DNA of 64,000 nucleotides from an uncultured Planctomycetia bacterium (lineage in GTDB: Bacteria; Omnitrophota; Gorgyraeia; Duberdicusellales; 4484-171): assembly GCA_964489445.1 (NCBI GenBank), contig CAZAYU010000002.1:205020-269019 (forward strand). Direction: 5' to 3'. Both the position numbers and the translations under genes were made by a program. Below, piece after piece: positions 1 through 8,442 of the stretch (the stretch's first letter is position 1; each line of letters opens with the position of its first letter). The notes below the pieces were generated by a model that did no database searches, was not told the origin of the DNA, and was given only the letters and a program-made list of their open reading frames with translations.

Positions 1-251
1 TCATTAAGGGGTGCAGGCTTTCTTGATGGTGCAGGAAGTTTTCCTTTTTTAAGGCATTTAGCACAAATCAACACTTTTTTTATTTTTCCCTCGATCACTG
101 CTTTTTTAGGTTGAAGATTGGGTAAAAATTTCCGTTTAGTAATACCGGTTGTTTTTTTACCTACTCCGCCTTTTTTCTTGGCTAATCCTTTTCTTGCGAT
201 CGAGGATCCGGTAATTGATTTTTTTCCACAAAATTCACAACGTCTACTCAT
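1..251 (-). CDS. rpmB: 50S ribosomal protein L28 (partial; C-terminus runs off window start)
   Basis: Manual reverse-strand translation from ATG at 251: MSRRCEFCGKK...KRKFLPNLQ..., matching the L28 signature (MSRxCxxxGK, RRFLPNLQ). No stop codon before position 1. Confidence 0.7.
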   Translation of the reverse strand, partial: MSRRCEFCGKKSITGSSIARKGLAKKKGGVGKKTTGITKRKFLPNLQPKKAVIEGKIKKVLICAKCLKKGKLPAPSRKPAPLN

Positions 252-642
252 TATGTATTCTTAGTTTATAGTGTTAGTATATTATTAGGTACGACAACTG
301 TTTAGTGTTCTAATATACTTCTAAATTTTATATTGTCAAGGAAAATATAAAATATTACGCAATTGTTAGAGGGCATTATCTTAATTTTGCTTAGTTTTTG
401 TTAATGTCAGAAGGATAACAGCATTTATTTATTTTATTTTATTTTTTACCTTGAAATTTAATGAGATATATGTTATAGGAATATAAGGTCTATTCGTGAA
501 AAACCGCTTTTATTAAGAAAATATGCACAGAAGCTCGAAAAAGGAAAAAAAGAGCTTTGTTAATTATTGATTCCCATAGGCTTAGTATGGGTTGTATAGA
601 GGGGTATAGAAAAGCAATAATTTGTAGAAAAGGAGGATATGA

Positions 643-984
643 ATGTACAAGGCATCTTTGGTTCTATTGCTAGCGATTGGTTTTTTAGCTGTTAGCGTCA
701 ATGGTTACGCTGAAGAGAAAGCAACACCAGTGACTAAATTAGTTAGAGGTCTTTCTAACCAAATTACATCGTGGATTGAAGTTCCTAAACAAGTTTATAA
801 GGTATCTACTGAAAGAGAACCGATTACCGGATTACTTTTTGGGTCGATTAAGGGTGTTTGTTATGGTGTAATACGTGCTGCGGAGGGAGTGTATGATATG
901 GTGTCATTTTTAGTTCCACCTTATGACAAGCCATTAATGACTCCGGAGTTTGTTTCTGAAGGTTGGGATGATATTTCTGATTAA
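643..984 (+). CDS. small secreted protein, probably the exosortase-associated TIGR04073-like family
   Basis: 113 aa with an N-terminal signal peptide (LVLLLAIGFLAVSVNGYA) and the motif KLVRGLSNQITSWIEVPKQVY, which I recall from that family. Strong RBS (aaaggagga) upstream. Confidence 0.4.
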   Translation: MYKASLVLLLAIGFLAVSVNGYAEEKATPVTKLVRGLSNQITSWIEVPKQVYKVSTEREPITGLLFGSIKGVCYGVIRAAEGVYDMVSFLVPPYDKPLMTPEFVSEGWDDISD

Positions 985-1037
985 TTAAAAGTAAGATAAT
1001 TAATAGTTGGCTATGAAAGGAGAATAACTATCAAACG

Positions 1038-2096
1038 TTATTCTCCTTTCATATTTTGAAGGACAGTTTCTATTTTTTTCAAAAATGCCGTATTATCATT
1101 TTTTTGGCAAAGATCTTCAGCTTCTTTAAGGTATTTTAATGCTTGTTTGGCTTTTCCTGTTGCTATATAAGTCATGCTAATGTTGTATGGTATTTTAGGA
1201 TTTTGATGGTCAAGCTTAGCAGCTTTAACGAATGCTTTTAAAGCCAAGTTGTATTTTTTTGATTTTCCGTAAACACTGCCTAGGTTTAAATAAGCTTTGG
1301 CCATTTGTGGATCAAGTTTTAAAGCATTCTTAAAGCATTCTTCTGCTTTTAAAAATTGTACTTGCCGGTCATATATTACACCTAAGCGATAGTAGGCTTC
1401 GGGGTTATCTGGCTTTAGAGAAATACTCTTTTTAATCAAAAGTATTGCCTTGTCGTTATCTTTATTAAATTTCTGCGAGCCTTCTTTTAAAAACTTATTA
1501 GCCATATTCAATGATTCTTTATCTGTAGGTATTTTTGGGGAACCTTTAGCCTTTGGCGGTAGCTGTTTTTTATTGCTATTTTTTGATGTGTCTTTATTTT
1601 TTTCTTTTATATTCTTCGAGCTCATTGCTAATCCGTGTTTTGCGTTGTCAAACGATGGCTTAGTTTCAAGAGCTAAAGAGAAATATTCAATGGCTTGTTG
1701 ATAATTTTCTTTAATGTGTGAACATATTCCTAGATTATAGAAAATAATGCTCTTGTTTGCTTGTTTGTTAAGTAATAATTTTTCTGCTCTCTTGAGTAGT
1801 CTTTCTGCTTCATCAATGTTGCCTTGGTGAATGTTAATTATTCCTAGATATAAATAAGCCTCAGGCATATTTGGCAAAAATCCTTGAGCTTTTTTAAACC
1901 ATGTAGCTGCTTTTGGATATTGGTTTTGATTTAAAAGAACTAACCCTTCAGAGACATACTGTTCGTAGCGATTAACCATTGAGGGATTCTCTGAGGGGGG
2001 AGTATAAATAATGTTTTTAGCGCAATAGGCGATAGGATTTTGGGTGAAGGAAAGTAAGCAGATTAGTGAAATAAATAGCAACCTTGTTGTTCTCAT
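1038..2096 (-). CDS. TPR-repeat lipoprotein/secreted protein
   Basis: 352 aa with a signal peptide ending in a Cys (LLSFTQNPIAYCAK). Multiple TPR-like repeats (AYLYLGIINIHQGNIDEAERLLKRA; AYYRLGVIYDRQVQFLKAEECFKNALKLDP) and a central K-rich linker. Confidence 0.6.
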   Translation of the reverse strand: MRTTRLLFISLICLLSFTQNPIAYCAKNIIYTPPSENPSMVNRYEQYVSEGLVLLNQNQYPKAATWFKKAQGFLPNMPEAYLYLGIINIHQGNIDEAERLLKRAEKLLLNKQANKSIIFYNLGICSHIKENYQQAIEYFSLALETKPSFDNAKHGLAMSSKNIKEKNKDTSKNSNKKQLPPKAKGSPKIPTDKESLNMANKFLKEGSQKFNKDNDKAILLIKKSISLKPDNPEAYYRLGVIYDRQVQFLKAEECFKNALKLDPQMAKAYLNLGSVYGKSKKYNLALKAFVKAAKLDHQNPKIPYNISMTYIATGKAKQALKYLKEAEDLCQKNDNTAFLKKIETVLQNMKGE

Positions 2097-2173
2097 TATT
2101 TTCTCCTTTTTGTAATATTTTGCTAGCTTACATAATGATAAATGAATTATCTATCTATTTTATGATTTTTATT

Positions 2174-4111
2174 TTAAGGTTTTTGACGTAATTGTTTTTC
2201 AGCGTCGATAATACCCCGATTTACTTTTTTTAAACAATTTATTATTTTTATTTTGAGAGAACTATTTATTTCGTTTGACGAACTAAGTTCTCTAAATACT
2301 TGGATACTCATTCTAAAATATCTAACGATTTCACCTTCGTCAATATTTGATATTTTACTAAGATGTAAAAAGTTAAAACCGTTAAACCAGGCTTCCGCTA
2401 CATAGCTTAAATGGAAAAACATTTTTTTACTTGCAGGAAAAATTCGAAAATCTTTTTCTTTTCGGTGGATATTACGGGAAAAACGATTTGCTTCTTTTAC
2501 GATTAATTTTATTTTTTTATTCAATTTCGGTCGTCGCTCTCCTTTTCGTGGTTCATAGACTAAGGCAGTTATTAGCGTAAACAAGCTGAGCTCGTCAAGA
2601 CTGTCTAGGTATCCGTTTTCAAACATTTCACCGATTGATAATTCAAAACTATATACTTTAGCGGCAAGTCGGGCTTTTGTGCTTATACCTTGGCTGGTTA
2701 TATAGTTTAAGTCTTTAAGTAATGATATCTTTCGTTTAAGTAGGTTTAGGGTTTCTTTCTTTTCCCAATTTTTACTTTGGTGGGAATGAAATGATTTAGG
2801 GTAGATATTGTAAATTGTTTCACCCATTATTTTATACAGATTCAAAATTGTTGCGTAACAAGAATTTAATTGGCTTTTAATTGGTTCGTATTTTCCGCAA
2901 ATAATGTCTTCTAGAGAAGGAAGATCAATGTGTGAAGGGTTTATGCGAGTAAATACGAATCCTTCTTTGTCAATGCTGCGACGTCCGGCTCTTCCAGCCA
3001 TTTGGTAAAAGTCTCGAGTTTTTAAGTATCCGTGATATTTCCCGTAAAATTTGCTTAGTGTATCAAAAACAACTGCTTTTGCTGGCATATTTATTCCGAG
3101 AGCAAATGTTTCTGTTGTGAATATTAGCTTTATTAATCCGGTAGCAAACAATCTTTCAATTATTTCTTTTACTGTAGGTAGAAGTCCGGCATGGTGATAA
3201 GCAATGCCTCTTTTTATAAGGGGAAACAAAAAGCTAGCATGTTGGGAGTCGGAGATATCAAATTTTTTTGCTAATGCCTGTAATATTTTAATGATTGCTG
3301 TTTGTTCCTCGGAAGTAAGGAGGCTAAGGTGACTTGTTTCGTTTGCCATTTCCTCACAACGGCGTCGAGAAAAAGAAAAGTAAACACAAGGATGAGCGTT
3401 TAGTTTTTTAATATCATTTAACAGATCTTTTACACGGTTAGGTTGAGAAAGAAAATATTTTTCTTGATAAGATGGCTTTTCTAATTTTCTGGAAAGAAAA
3501 GATGAATGCCTAAGGGCATCAAAATCAGGGAATAATGAATTATTACATTGAAAGAAAAAATGCAATGGCACGGGGCGTATTTTTTCAATTACTATTTTTA
3601 CCGGAAAAGAGTGGACCGTGTTTAACCATCCGGCAAACTCATGGATATTGGATATAGTCGCGCTTAATGCTAATATCTTGATTTGGGGAGGTAAGAGTAT
3701 TATTGTTTCTTCCCAAACTGTGCCCCTTTCAATATCGTCAAGGTAATGAATTTCGTCGAAAATTACCCATTGACGATCTTCAAATTCTTGAGGGTTAACC
3801 AAAATAGCATTACGGAATATTTCTGTAGTCATAATTAGTATTTTAGCATTTCTGTTTATACTGACGTCTCCAGTGAGTATTCCTGTTTGGGAGGGATATT
3901 TTTTGCAAAAATCACGGAATTTTTGGTTACTTAAAGCTTTAATTGGAGCAGTGTAGATGATTCCTTTATTAGCTTTAATGGAACTTTCGATTATATGTTC
4001 AGCGATTAATGTCTTTCCGGCTCCGGTGGGTGCACTAACGATTACCGAATTATTATTACGGGCGTGGAAAATTGCTTCTTTTTGAAATGGGTCAAGATTA
4101 ATTTTTTTCAT
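2174..4111 (-). CDS. Ski2-like DEAD/DEAH (DEIH)-box superfamily II helicase
   Basis: Walker A SAPTGAGKT, DEIH box (FDEIHYL), SAT-like motif (LSATISN) and QxxGRAGRR motif VI. The ORF-track N-terminus (4112-4255) is really the antisense translation of a tRNA, so I set the start at the MKKINLDPFQ ATG (4111). Confidence 0.7.
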   Translation of the reverse strand: MKKINLDPFQKEAIFHARNNNSVIVSAPTGAGKTLIAEHIIESSIKANKGIIYTAPIKALSNQKFRDFCKKYPSQTGILTGDVSINRNAKILIMTTEIFRNAILVNPQEFEDRQWVIFDEIHYLDDIERGTVWEETIILLPPQIKILALSATISNIHEFAGWLNTVHSFPVKIVIEKIRPVPLHFFFQCNNSLFPDFDALRHSSFLSRKLEKPSYQEKYFLSQPNRVKDLLNDIKKLNAHPCVYFSFSRRRCEEMANETSHLSLLTSEEQTAIIKILQALAKKFDISDSQHASFLFPLIKRGIAYHHAGLLPTVKEIIERLFATGLIKLIFTTETFALGINMPAKAVVFDTLSKFYGKYHGYLKTRDFYQMAGRAGRRSIDKEGFVFTRINPSHIDLPSLEDIICGKYEPIKSQLNSCYATILNLYKIMGETIYNIYPKSFHSHQSKNWEKKETLNLLKRKISLLKDLNYITSQGISTKARLAAKVYSFELSIGEMFENGYLDSLDELSLFTLITALVYEPRKGERRPKLNKKIKLIVKEANRFSRNIHRKEKDFRIFPASKKMFFHLSYVAEAWFNGFNFLHLSKISNIDEGEIVRYFRMSIQVFRELSSSNEINSSLKIKIINCLKKVNRGIIDAEKQLRQKP

Positions 4112-4125
4112 GGATAAATAGATGA

Positions 4126-4209
4126 TGCCGGAGGAGGGAGTTGAACCCTCACCTCCTTGCGGAGACTGGATTTTGAGTCCAGCGCGTCTGCCAATTCCAC
4201 CACTCCGGC
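4126..4209 (-). tRNA. tRNA-Leu (anticodon CAA)
   Basis: Reverse complement GCCGGAGTGGTGGAATTGGCAGACGCGCTGGACTCAAAATCCAGTCTCCGCAAGGAGGTGAGGGTTCAACTCCCTCCTCCGGCA folds as a cloverleaf: 7-bp acceptor stem, anticodon loop CTCAAAA, long variable arm, and T-arm GAGGG/CCCTC. Confidence 0.85.
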
Positions 4210-4481
4210 TTAAAAATGAATAAAAAATGATAACACTACTAATTTTCTTTGTCAATTGACAATTTCTAATGCGGATGCTATATTTAAATGTTTCAAGTTA
4301 GTCAAATAGGGTTTTGTGTTTATTTGTTATGTGTAAAAAATAGCAAAAGCTATATTGGGCTTATGAACAATTAACAAGGAATTATGTCTAGGACAAATTA
4401 TTACTTTATTTAAGGCGTCCCAGGGCTATATCTTTGAGTATTTAGGAAAATAAAGAATAATATTGAGTATACTTGTTTAAT

Positions 4482-4554
4482 GGGGCCGTAGTTCAGCTGG
4501 GAGAACGCTACGCTGGCAGCGTAGAGGTCGAGGGTTCAAATCCCTCCGGCTCCA
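4482..4554 (+). tRNA. tRNA-Ala (anticodon GGC)
   Basis: GGGGCCGTAGCTCAGCTGGGAGAGCGCTACGCTGGCAGCGTAGAGGTCGAGGGTTCAAATCCCTCCGGCTCCA-like cloverleaf with the G3:U70 Ala identity pair, anticodon loop CTGGCAG and T-arm GAGGG/CCCTC. CCA is not encoded. Confidence 0.85.
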
Positions 4555-4598
4555 CAGTTTTCTATAAGGTGTAAAGTTATCAGTGGAAGCAGAAGGGA
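4537..4598 (+). repeat. direct repeat copy 1 (62 bp): 3' end of tRNA-Ala plus 43 bp of downstream flank
   Basis: The string caaatccctccggctccacagttttctataaggtgtaaagttatcagtggaagcagaaggga is identical to 4673-4734. Confidence 0.9.
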
Positions 4599-4672
4599 TA
4601 AACTTGTGATAAAAGTTATTTGGATACAACGATAAAGTCTGACTTATCTCTGCCTTCGGCAGAGGTTGTATG

Positions 4673-4734
4673 CAAATCCCTCCGGCTCCACAGTTTTCTA
4701 TAAGGTGTAAAGTTATCAGTGGAAGCAGAAGGGA
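4673..4734 (+). repeat. direct repeat copy 2 (62 bp), preceded by a 7-bp-stem UUCG hairpin; contains the RBS region of nfo
   Basis: Perfect copy of 4537-4598. The upstream stem-loop ctctgccTTCGggcagag lies at about 4648-4665. Confidence 0.9.
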
Positions 4735-4745
4735 GGAGGGTTACG

Positions 4746-5612
4746 TTGCTAAAACTAGGGGTTCATGTGTCAATCGCCGGGCATATTTATAATGCTGTAG
4801 ACAGGGCTAAGGACCTAGAGTGTAATACTATGCAGATTTTTTCACGTAATCCTCGCCAGCGAAGAAAAACAGAATTAAGCTTAGAAGATATTGTATTGTT
4901 TAAGCAGAAAGTAAGCGCTGCAAAAATTAATCCGGTGATTATTCATATCCCGTATGTTTTGAATTTAGCTTCGGCAAGTAAGAGTTTTTACAAGGTTACA
5001 GTAAGAGAATTTATCTCCGACCTTATCGAGGCTGATAAGCTAGGCGTTCGATATTTAGTAACTCACATGGGTTCGTTTAAAGGTGGGACAGAAATAGGGG
5101 GCCTTAAACGCGTGACGAATGCTCTTAACAAGATTATTAAAGAAACTGTGGGAGTAAAGACGATAGTGTTGTTAGAAAATACTGCAGGAAGCGGAAGTTG
5201 GCTAGGGTATAATTTTGCTCAAATAAAATTTGTTTTTGAGGGGCTGAATTCTCCTCAGCGAACAGGAGTATGCTTAGACACTGCACATGCTTGGGCAGCA
5301 GGATACAAAATAGATTACCGGAAAGGAGTGGATAGTTTAGTTGAAGAAATAGACCGGGAAATAGGTGTGGAACGTTTAATGGCAGTCCATCTCAACGATA
5401 CACTTGAAGATTTTAATTCTCGACGTGATCGTCATTTTGCGATTGGTGAAGGTAAAATCGGAAGAAGAGGTCTCAAAGCCATCTTGTGTCACCCAAAATT
5501 AAAAAATTTGCCGTTTATCTTAGAGACGCCAAAATTAGACGAGAATGATGATCTAAAAAATTTAAAAACAGCAAGAAAACTATACAAAGATGGAATACTC
5601 AAAAAAAATTGA
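4746..5612 (+). CDS. nfo: endonuclease IV (AP endonuclease)
   Basis: LKLGVHVSIAG...HxxY... and the conserved His/Asp/Glu metal-ligand pattern (HIPYVLN, VTHMG, HLND, LETP) of the Nfo/xylose-isomerase-like TIM barrel. I placed the start at TTG (4746), which sits 6 nt after GGAGGAGGG; the track ORF begins earlier, inside the repeat. Confidence 0.8.
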   Translation: MLKLGVHVSIAGHIYNAVDRAKDLECNTMQIFSRNPRQRRKTELSLEDIVLFKQKVSAAKINPVIIHIPYVLNLASASKSFYKVTVREFISDLIEADKLGVRYLVTHMGSFKGGTEIGGLKRVTNALNKIIKETVGVKTIVLLENTAGSGSWLGYNFAQIKFVFEGLNSPQRTGVCLDTAHAWAAGYKIDYRKGVDSLVEEIDREIGVERLMAVHLNDTLEDFNSRRDRHFAIGEGKIGRRGLKAILCHPKLKNLPFILETPKLDENDDLKNLKTARKLYKDGILKKN

Positions 5613-8064
5613 CACTAAGTGGCAAAATTATTGGGATGAACAGGGCTTATTTAAAGTAAATATAAAGCAGGATTCTTCTCGTAAATATTATTGCTTAGTC
5701 ATGTTTCCTTATCCTTCTAGCGAGTTGCATGTTGGGCATGCACGCAATTATGTTATTGGTGATGCTGTGGCTCGCTACAAAAAGATGCAAGGGTTTTCTG
5801 TTCTAAATCCTATGGGTTGGGATGCTTTTGGGCTTCCGGCAGAAAATCAAGCCATTAAACATAAAATTCACCCTCGAGATTGGACGTTAAAAAACATTAT
5901 ACGGATAAAAGAACAGCTTAAAAGCTGGGGGATTAGCTACGATTGGGCAAAAGAAATTACTACTTGTTTACCTGATTATTACCGGTGGACTCAATGGATT
6001 TTTTTAAAGCTATACAAGAAAAAACTTGCTTATCGTCGTCTTGCTCCGGTTAATTGGTGTGAGTCTTGCAAAACTGTTTTAGCTAACGAACAGGTTATTG
6101 ATGGTGAATGTGAAAGATGTTCAACTGCGGTTGTGCAAAAAAATTTAAAGCAGTGGTTTTTTAAAATAACTGATTATGCTGAAAGGCTTCTGGATGATTT
6201 AAAATTATTAAGAGAATGGCCAGAGAGAGTCTGTTTAATGCAAGACAATTGGATTGGTAAATCAGAAGGAGTTGAGATTAATTTTCCTGTAGATGATTCT
6301 GATTACTTATTAAGTTGTTTTACTACTCGTGTGGACACTATTTTTGGTGCGACATTTATTGCTTTAAATTGGAGCCATCCTTTTGTGGATAATATTATTA
6401 ATAGTGGTTTTGCTGGTCCGGAAATAAGAGAATTTATTAGCAAAGTAAAAGGGCAGTCATTGTCACCTCGAATCTTGGGCGACATTCAAAAAGAAGGAGT
6501 ATTCACTGGTAAATTTGCAATAAATCCGATGACTAAAGAGAAAATACCAATTTGGCTTGCTAATTATGTGCTTACTGGTTATGGTACAGGGGCAATCATG
6601 TGTGTTCCTGCCCATGACAAGCGTGATTTTGATTTTGCTTTGAAATATGGATTATCAGTCAAGCAGGTAGTTAAGCCGATCAATGATGACCAGCGACTTG
6701 GCCATAGTTTAGAGAAAGTGTTTGAAAATGAAGGAGTATTAATTGATTCTGAGCAATTTTCCGGATTCACTTCTCAAGAAGCAAAAAAGGATATTGCTGT
6801 TTTTATGGAAGAAGAGGGCATTGGGAAGATGAGGGTCAATTACAAACTGCGTGATTGGCTAGTGTCTCGACAGCGTTACTGGGGAGCGCCAATACCTGTT
6901 GTATATTGTAAACAATGCGGAGAGCAGGCTGTTCCTGAAGAACAGTTACCGGTTTTACTTCCGGAAGTAGAAGAATTTTTACCTACAGGGCAGTCGCCAC
7001 TAACGCACAGTCAAGAGTTCATGAAGGCTATATGCCCTTGCTGTGGCCGAGAAGCTCAACGGGAAACAGATACTATGGATACTTTTGTTGATTCTAGCTG
7101 GTATTATCTTCGCTATATATCTTCTGACAATCAGAATGTTCCTTTTGTCCGTGAGGATGTTGATAAATGGCTTCCTGTAGATCAATATGTTGGCGGGGTG
7201 GAGCATGCGATACTACATTTAATGTATTCTCGATTTATCAATAAATTCTTGATGGATGAAGGATTACTAAGTTTTTCTGAACCATTTAAACGTTTGTTTA
7301 CACAAGGAATGATTATTAAAGACGGAGCAAAAATGTCTAAGTCTAAAGGAAACGTAATTGCCCCGGACTATATTATTGATAAGTGTGGTGCGGATGTCAT
7401 GAGGCTTTATATATTGTTTATGGGCCCGGCTCAAAAAGACGCCGAATGGCAAGATGAGGGGCTGCAAGGTTGCCGGAGATTTATTCAACGAGCTTTACGT
7501 TTAGTAGATATTTTAAAGGAATATGATTCATCTGGCGCTCAAACGCTGGATTCGTCTAAGAAGGATGATTCGCGAATAAATGATCTTCTGAAAAAAATGC
7601 ACTTGACAATTAAAGATGTAACAGATGATCTGGAAGGAGATTTCCAATTTAATACAGCAATAAGCAAGATTATGGAATTAGTAAATCAAACTTATAAGTG
7701 TTTAAGCGGGGGCAATATTGAGCAACAAGTATTAAAAAATGTGGTTGATGTTGTTTTTTTACTTCTTGCCCCGTTTACCCCACATATCAGTGAGGAAGTA
7801 AATCAGATTATTGGCAATGATGTTTCCATATTTGTTAGAAGTTGGCCAGAATCAGACCAAGATTATTTACGTGAAGAGACAATAGAGATTCCAGTATTAG
7901 TTAATGGTCGGGTCAGAGATAGAATTGTTATAAATGCCAGTTGGCCAGAGAGTCTAGTCAAAGAAGCAGCTCTTGCTTCTGAAAAGATTAAGAAAAACTT
8001 CACAGAAACGCCCCCAAAAAAGGTTATCTACGTTGACAAAAAAATAGTTAATATCGTTCTTTAA
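5590..8064 (+). CDS. leuS: leucyl-tRNA synthetase
   Basis: 824 aa carrying the class I HIGH motif (HVGHARNY), KMSKS, and typical LeuS blocks (MFPYPSG-like, WDAFGLPAEN). Confidence 0.95.
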   Translation: MEYSKKIDTKWQNYWDEQGLFKVNIKQDSSRKYYCLVMFPYPSSELHVGHARNYVIGDAVARYKKMQGFSVLNPMGWDAFGLPAENQAIKHKIHPRDWTLKNIIRIKEQLKSWGISYDWAKEITTCLPDYYRWTQWIFLKLYKKKLAYRRLAPVNWCESCKTVLANEQVIDGECERCSTAVVQKNLKQWFFKITDYAERLLDDLKLLREWPERVCLMQDNWIGKSEGVEINFPVDDSDYLLSCFTTRVDTIFGATFIALNWSHPFVDNIINSGFAGPEIREFISKVKGQSLSPRILGDIQKEGVFTGKFAINPMTKEKIPIWLANYVLTGYGTGAIMCVPAHDKRDFDFALKYGLSVKQVVKPINDDQRLGHSLEKVFENEGVLIDSEQFSGFTSQEAKKDIAVFMEEEGIGKMRVNYKLRDWLVSRQRYWGAPIPVVYCKQCGEQAVPEEQLPVLLPEVEEFLPTGQSPLTHSQEFMKAICPCCGREAQRETDTMDTFVDSSWYYLRYISSDNQNVPFVREDVDKWLPVDQYVGGVEHAILHLMYSRFINKFLMDEGLLSFSEPFKRLFTQGMIIKDGAKMSKSKGNVIAPDYIIDKCGADVMRLYILFMGPAQKDAEWQDEGLQGCRRFIQRALRLVDILKEYDSSGAQTLDSSKKDDSRINDLLKKMHLTIKDVTDDLEGDFQFNTAISKIMELVNQTYKCLSGGNIEQQVLKNVVDVVFLLLAPFTPHISEEVNQIIGNDVSIFVRSWPESDQDYLREETIEIPVLVNGRVRDRIVINASWPESLVKEAALASEKIKKNFTETPPKKVIYVDKKIVNIVL

Positions 8065-8073
8065 GGAAAAACG

Positions 8074-8439
8074 ATGTTTTATCTTACCCATCAAGAAAGA
8101 AAGATTCTTCTTTTAATCGGAGCGTTGATTTTTATTGGAGCGGTTATCCGTTTTGCTTATTTTAAAGATGCTTTTGTCCAACAGCCAGTTAAGAACAATG
8201 TGGTGAGCAACCAAGATGGTGTTTTATCTGGTGATAATTTCTCACAATCAATCATAAATATAAATAAAGCATCTCGACAGAGGCTGGAAAGTATTCCGGG
8301 AGTAGGAAAAGTAATCGCACAAAGGATTGTTGACTATCGTAATGACAATGGGTCGTTTAATAGCGAGGAAGATTTAATGAAAGTTAAGGGAATTGGTTTA
8401 AAAAAAATAAAGATTATCCAAACGTATATTTCATTTTAA
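8074..8439 (+). CDS. comEA: competence protein ComEA (helix-hairpin-helix DNA-binding)
   Basis: N-terminal TM helix and a C-terminal tandem HhH (LESIPGVGKVIAQRIVDYR...LMKVKGIGLKK). Confidence 0.8.
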   Translation: MFYLTHQERKILLLIGALIFIGAVIRFAYFKDAFVQQPVKNNVVSNQDGVLSGDNFSQSIININKASRQRLESIPGVGKVIAQRIVDYRNDNGSFNSEEDLMKVKGIGLKKIKIIQTYISF

Positions 8440-8442
8440 GTT

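Noticed and set aside
4112-4255. N-terminal 48 aa of the track ORF 2174..4255 (MTKK...SGGIGRRAGLKIQSPQGGEGSTPSSG)
   Set aside because: This segment is the antisense translation of tRNA-Leu(CAA). The helicase starts at the internal Met at 4111.
4599-4672. Second tRNA-like gene between the two repeat copies
   Set aside because: The hairpin has a 7-bp stem and a 4-nt loop and there is no D-arm or acceptor 5' strand. This is a fragment, not a tRNA.
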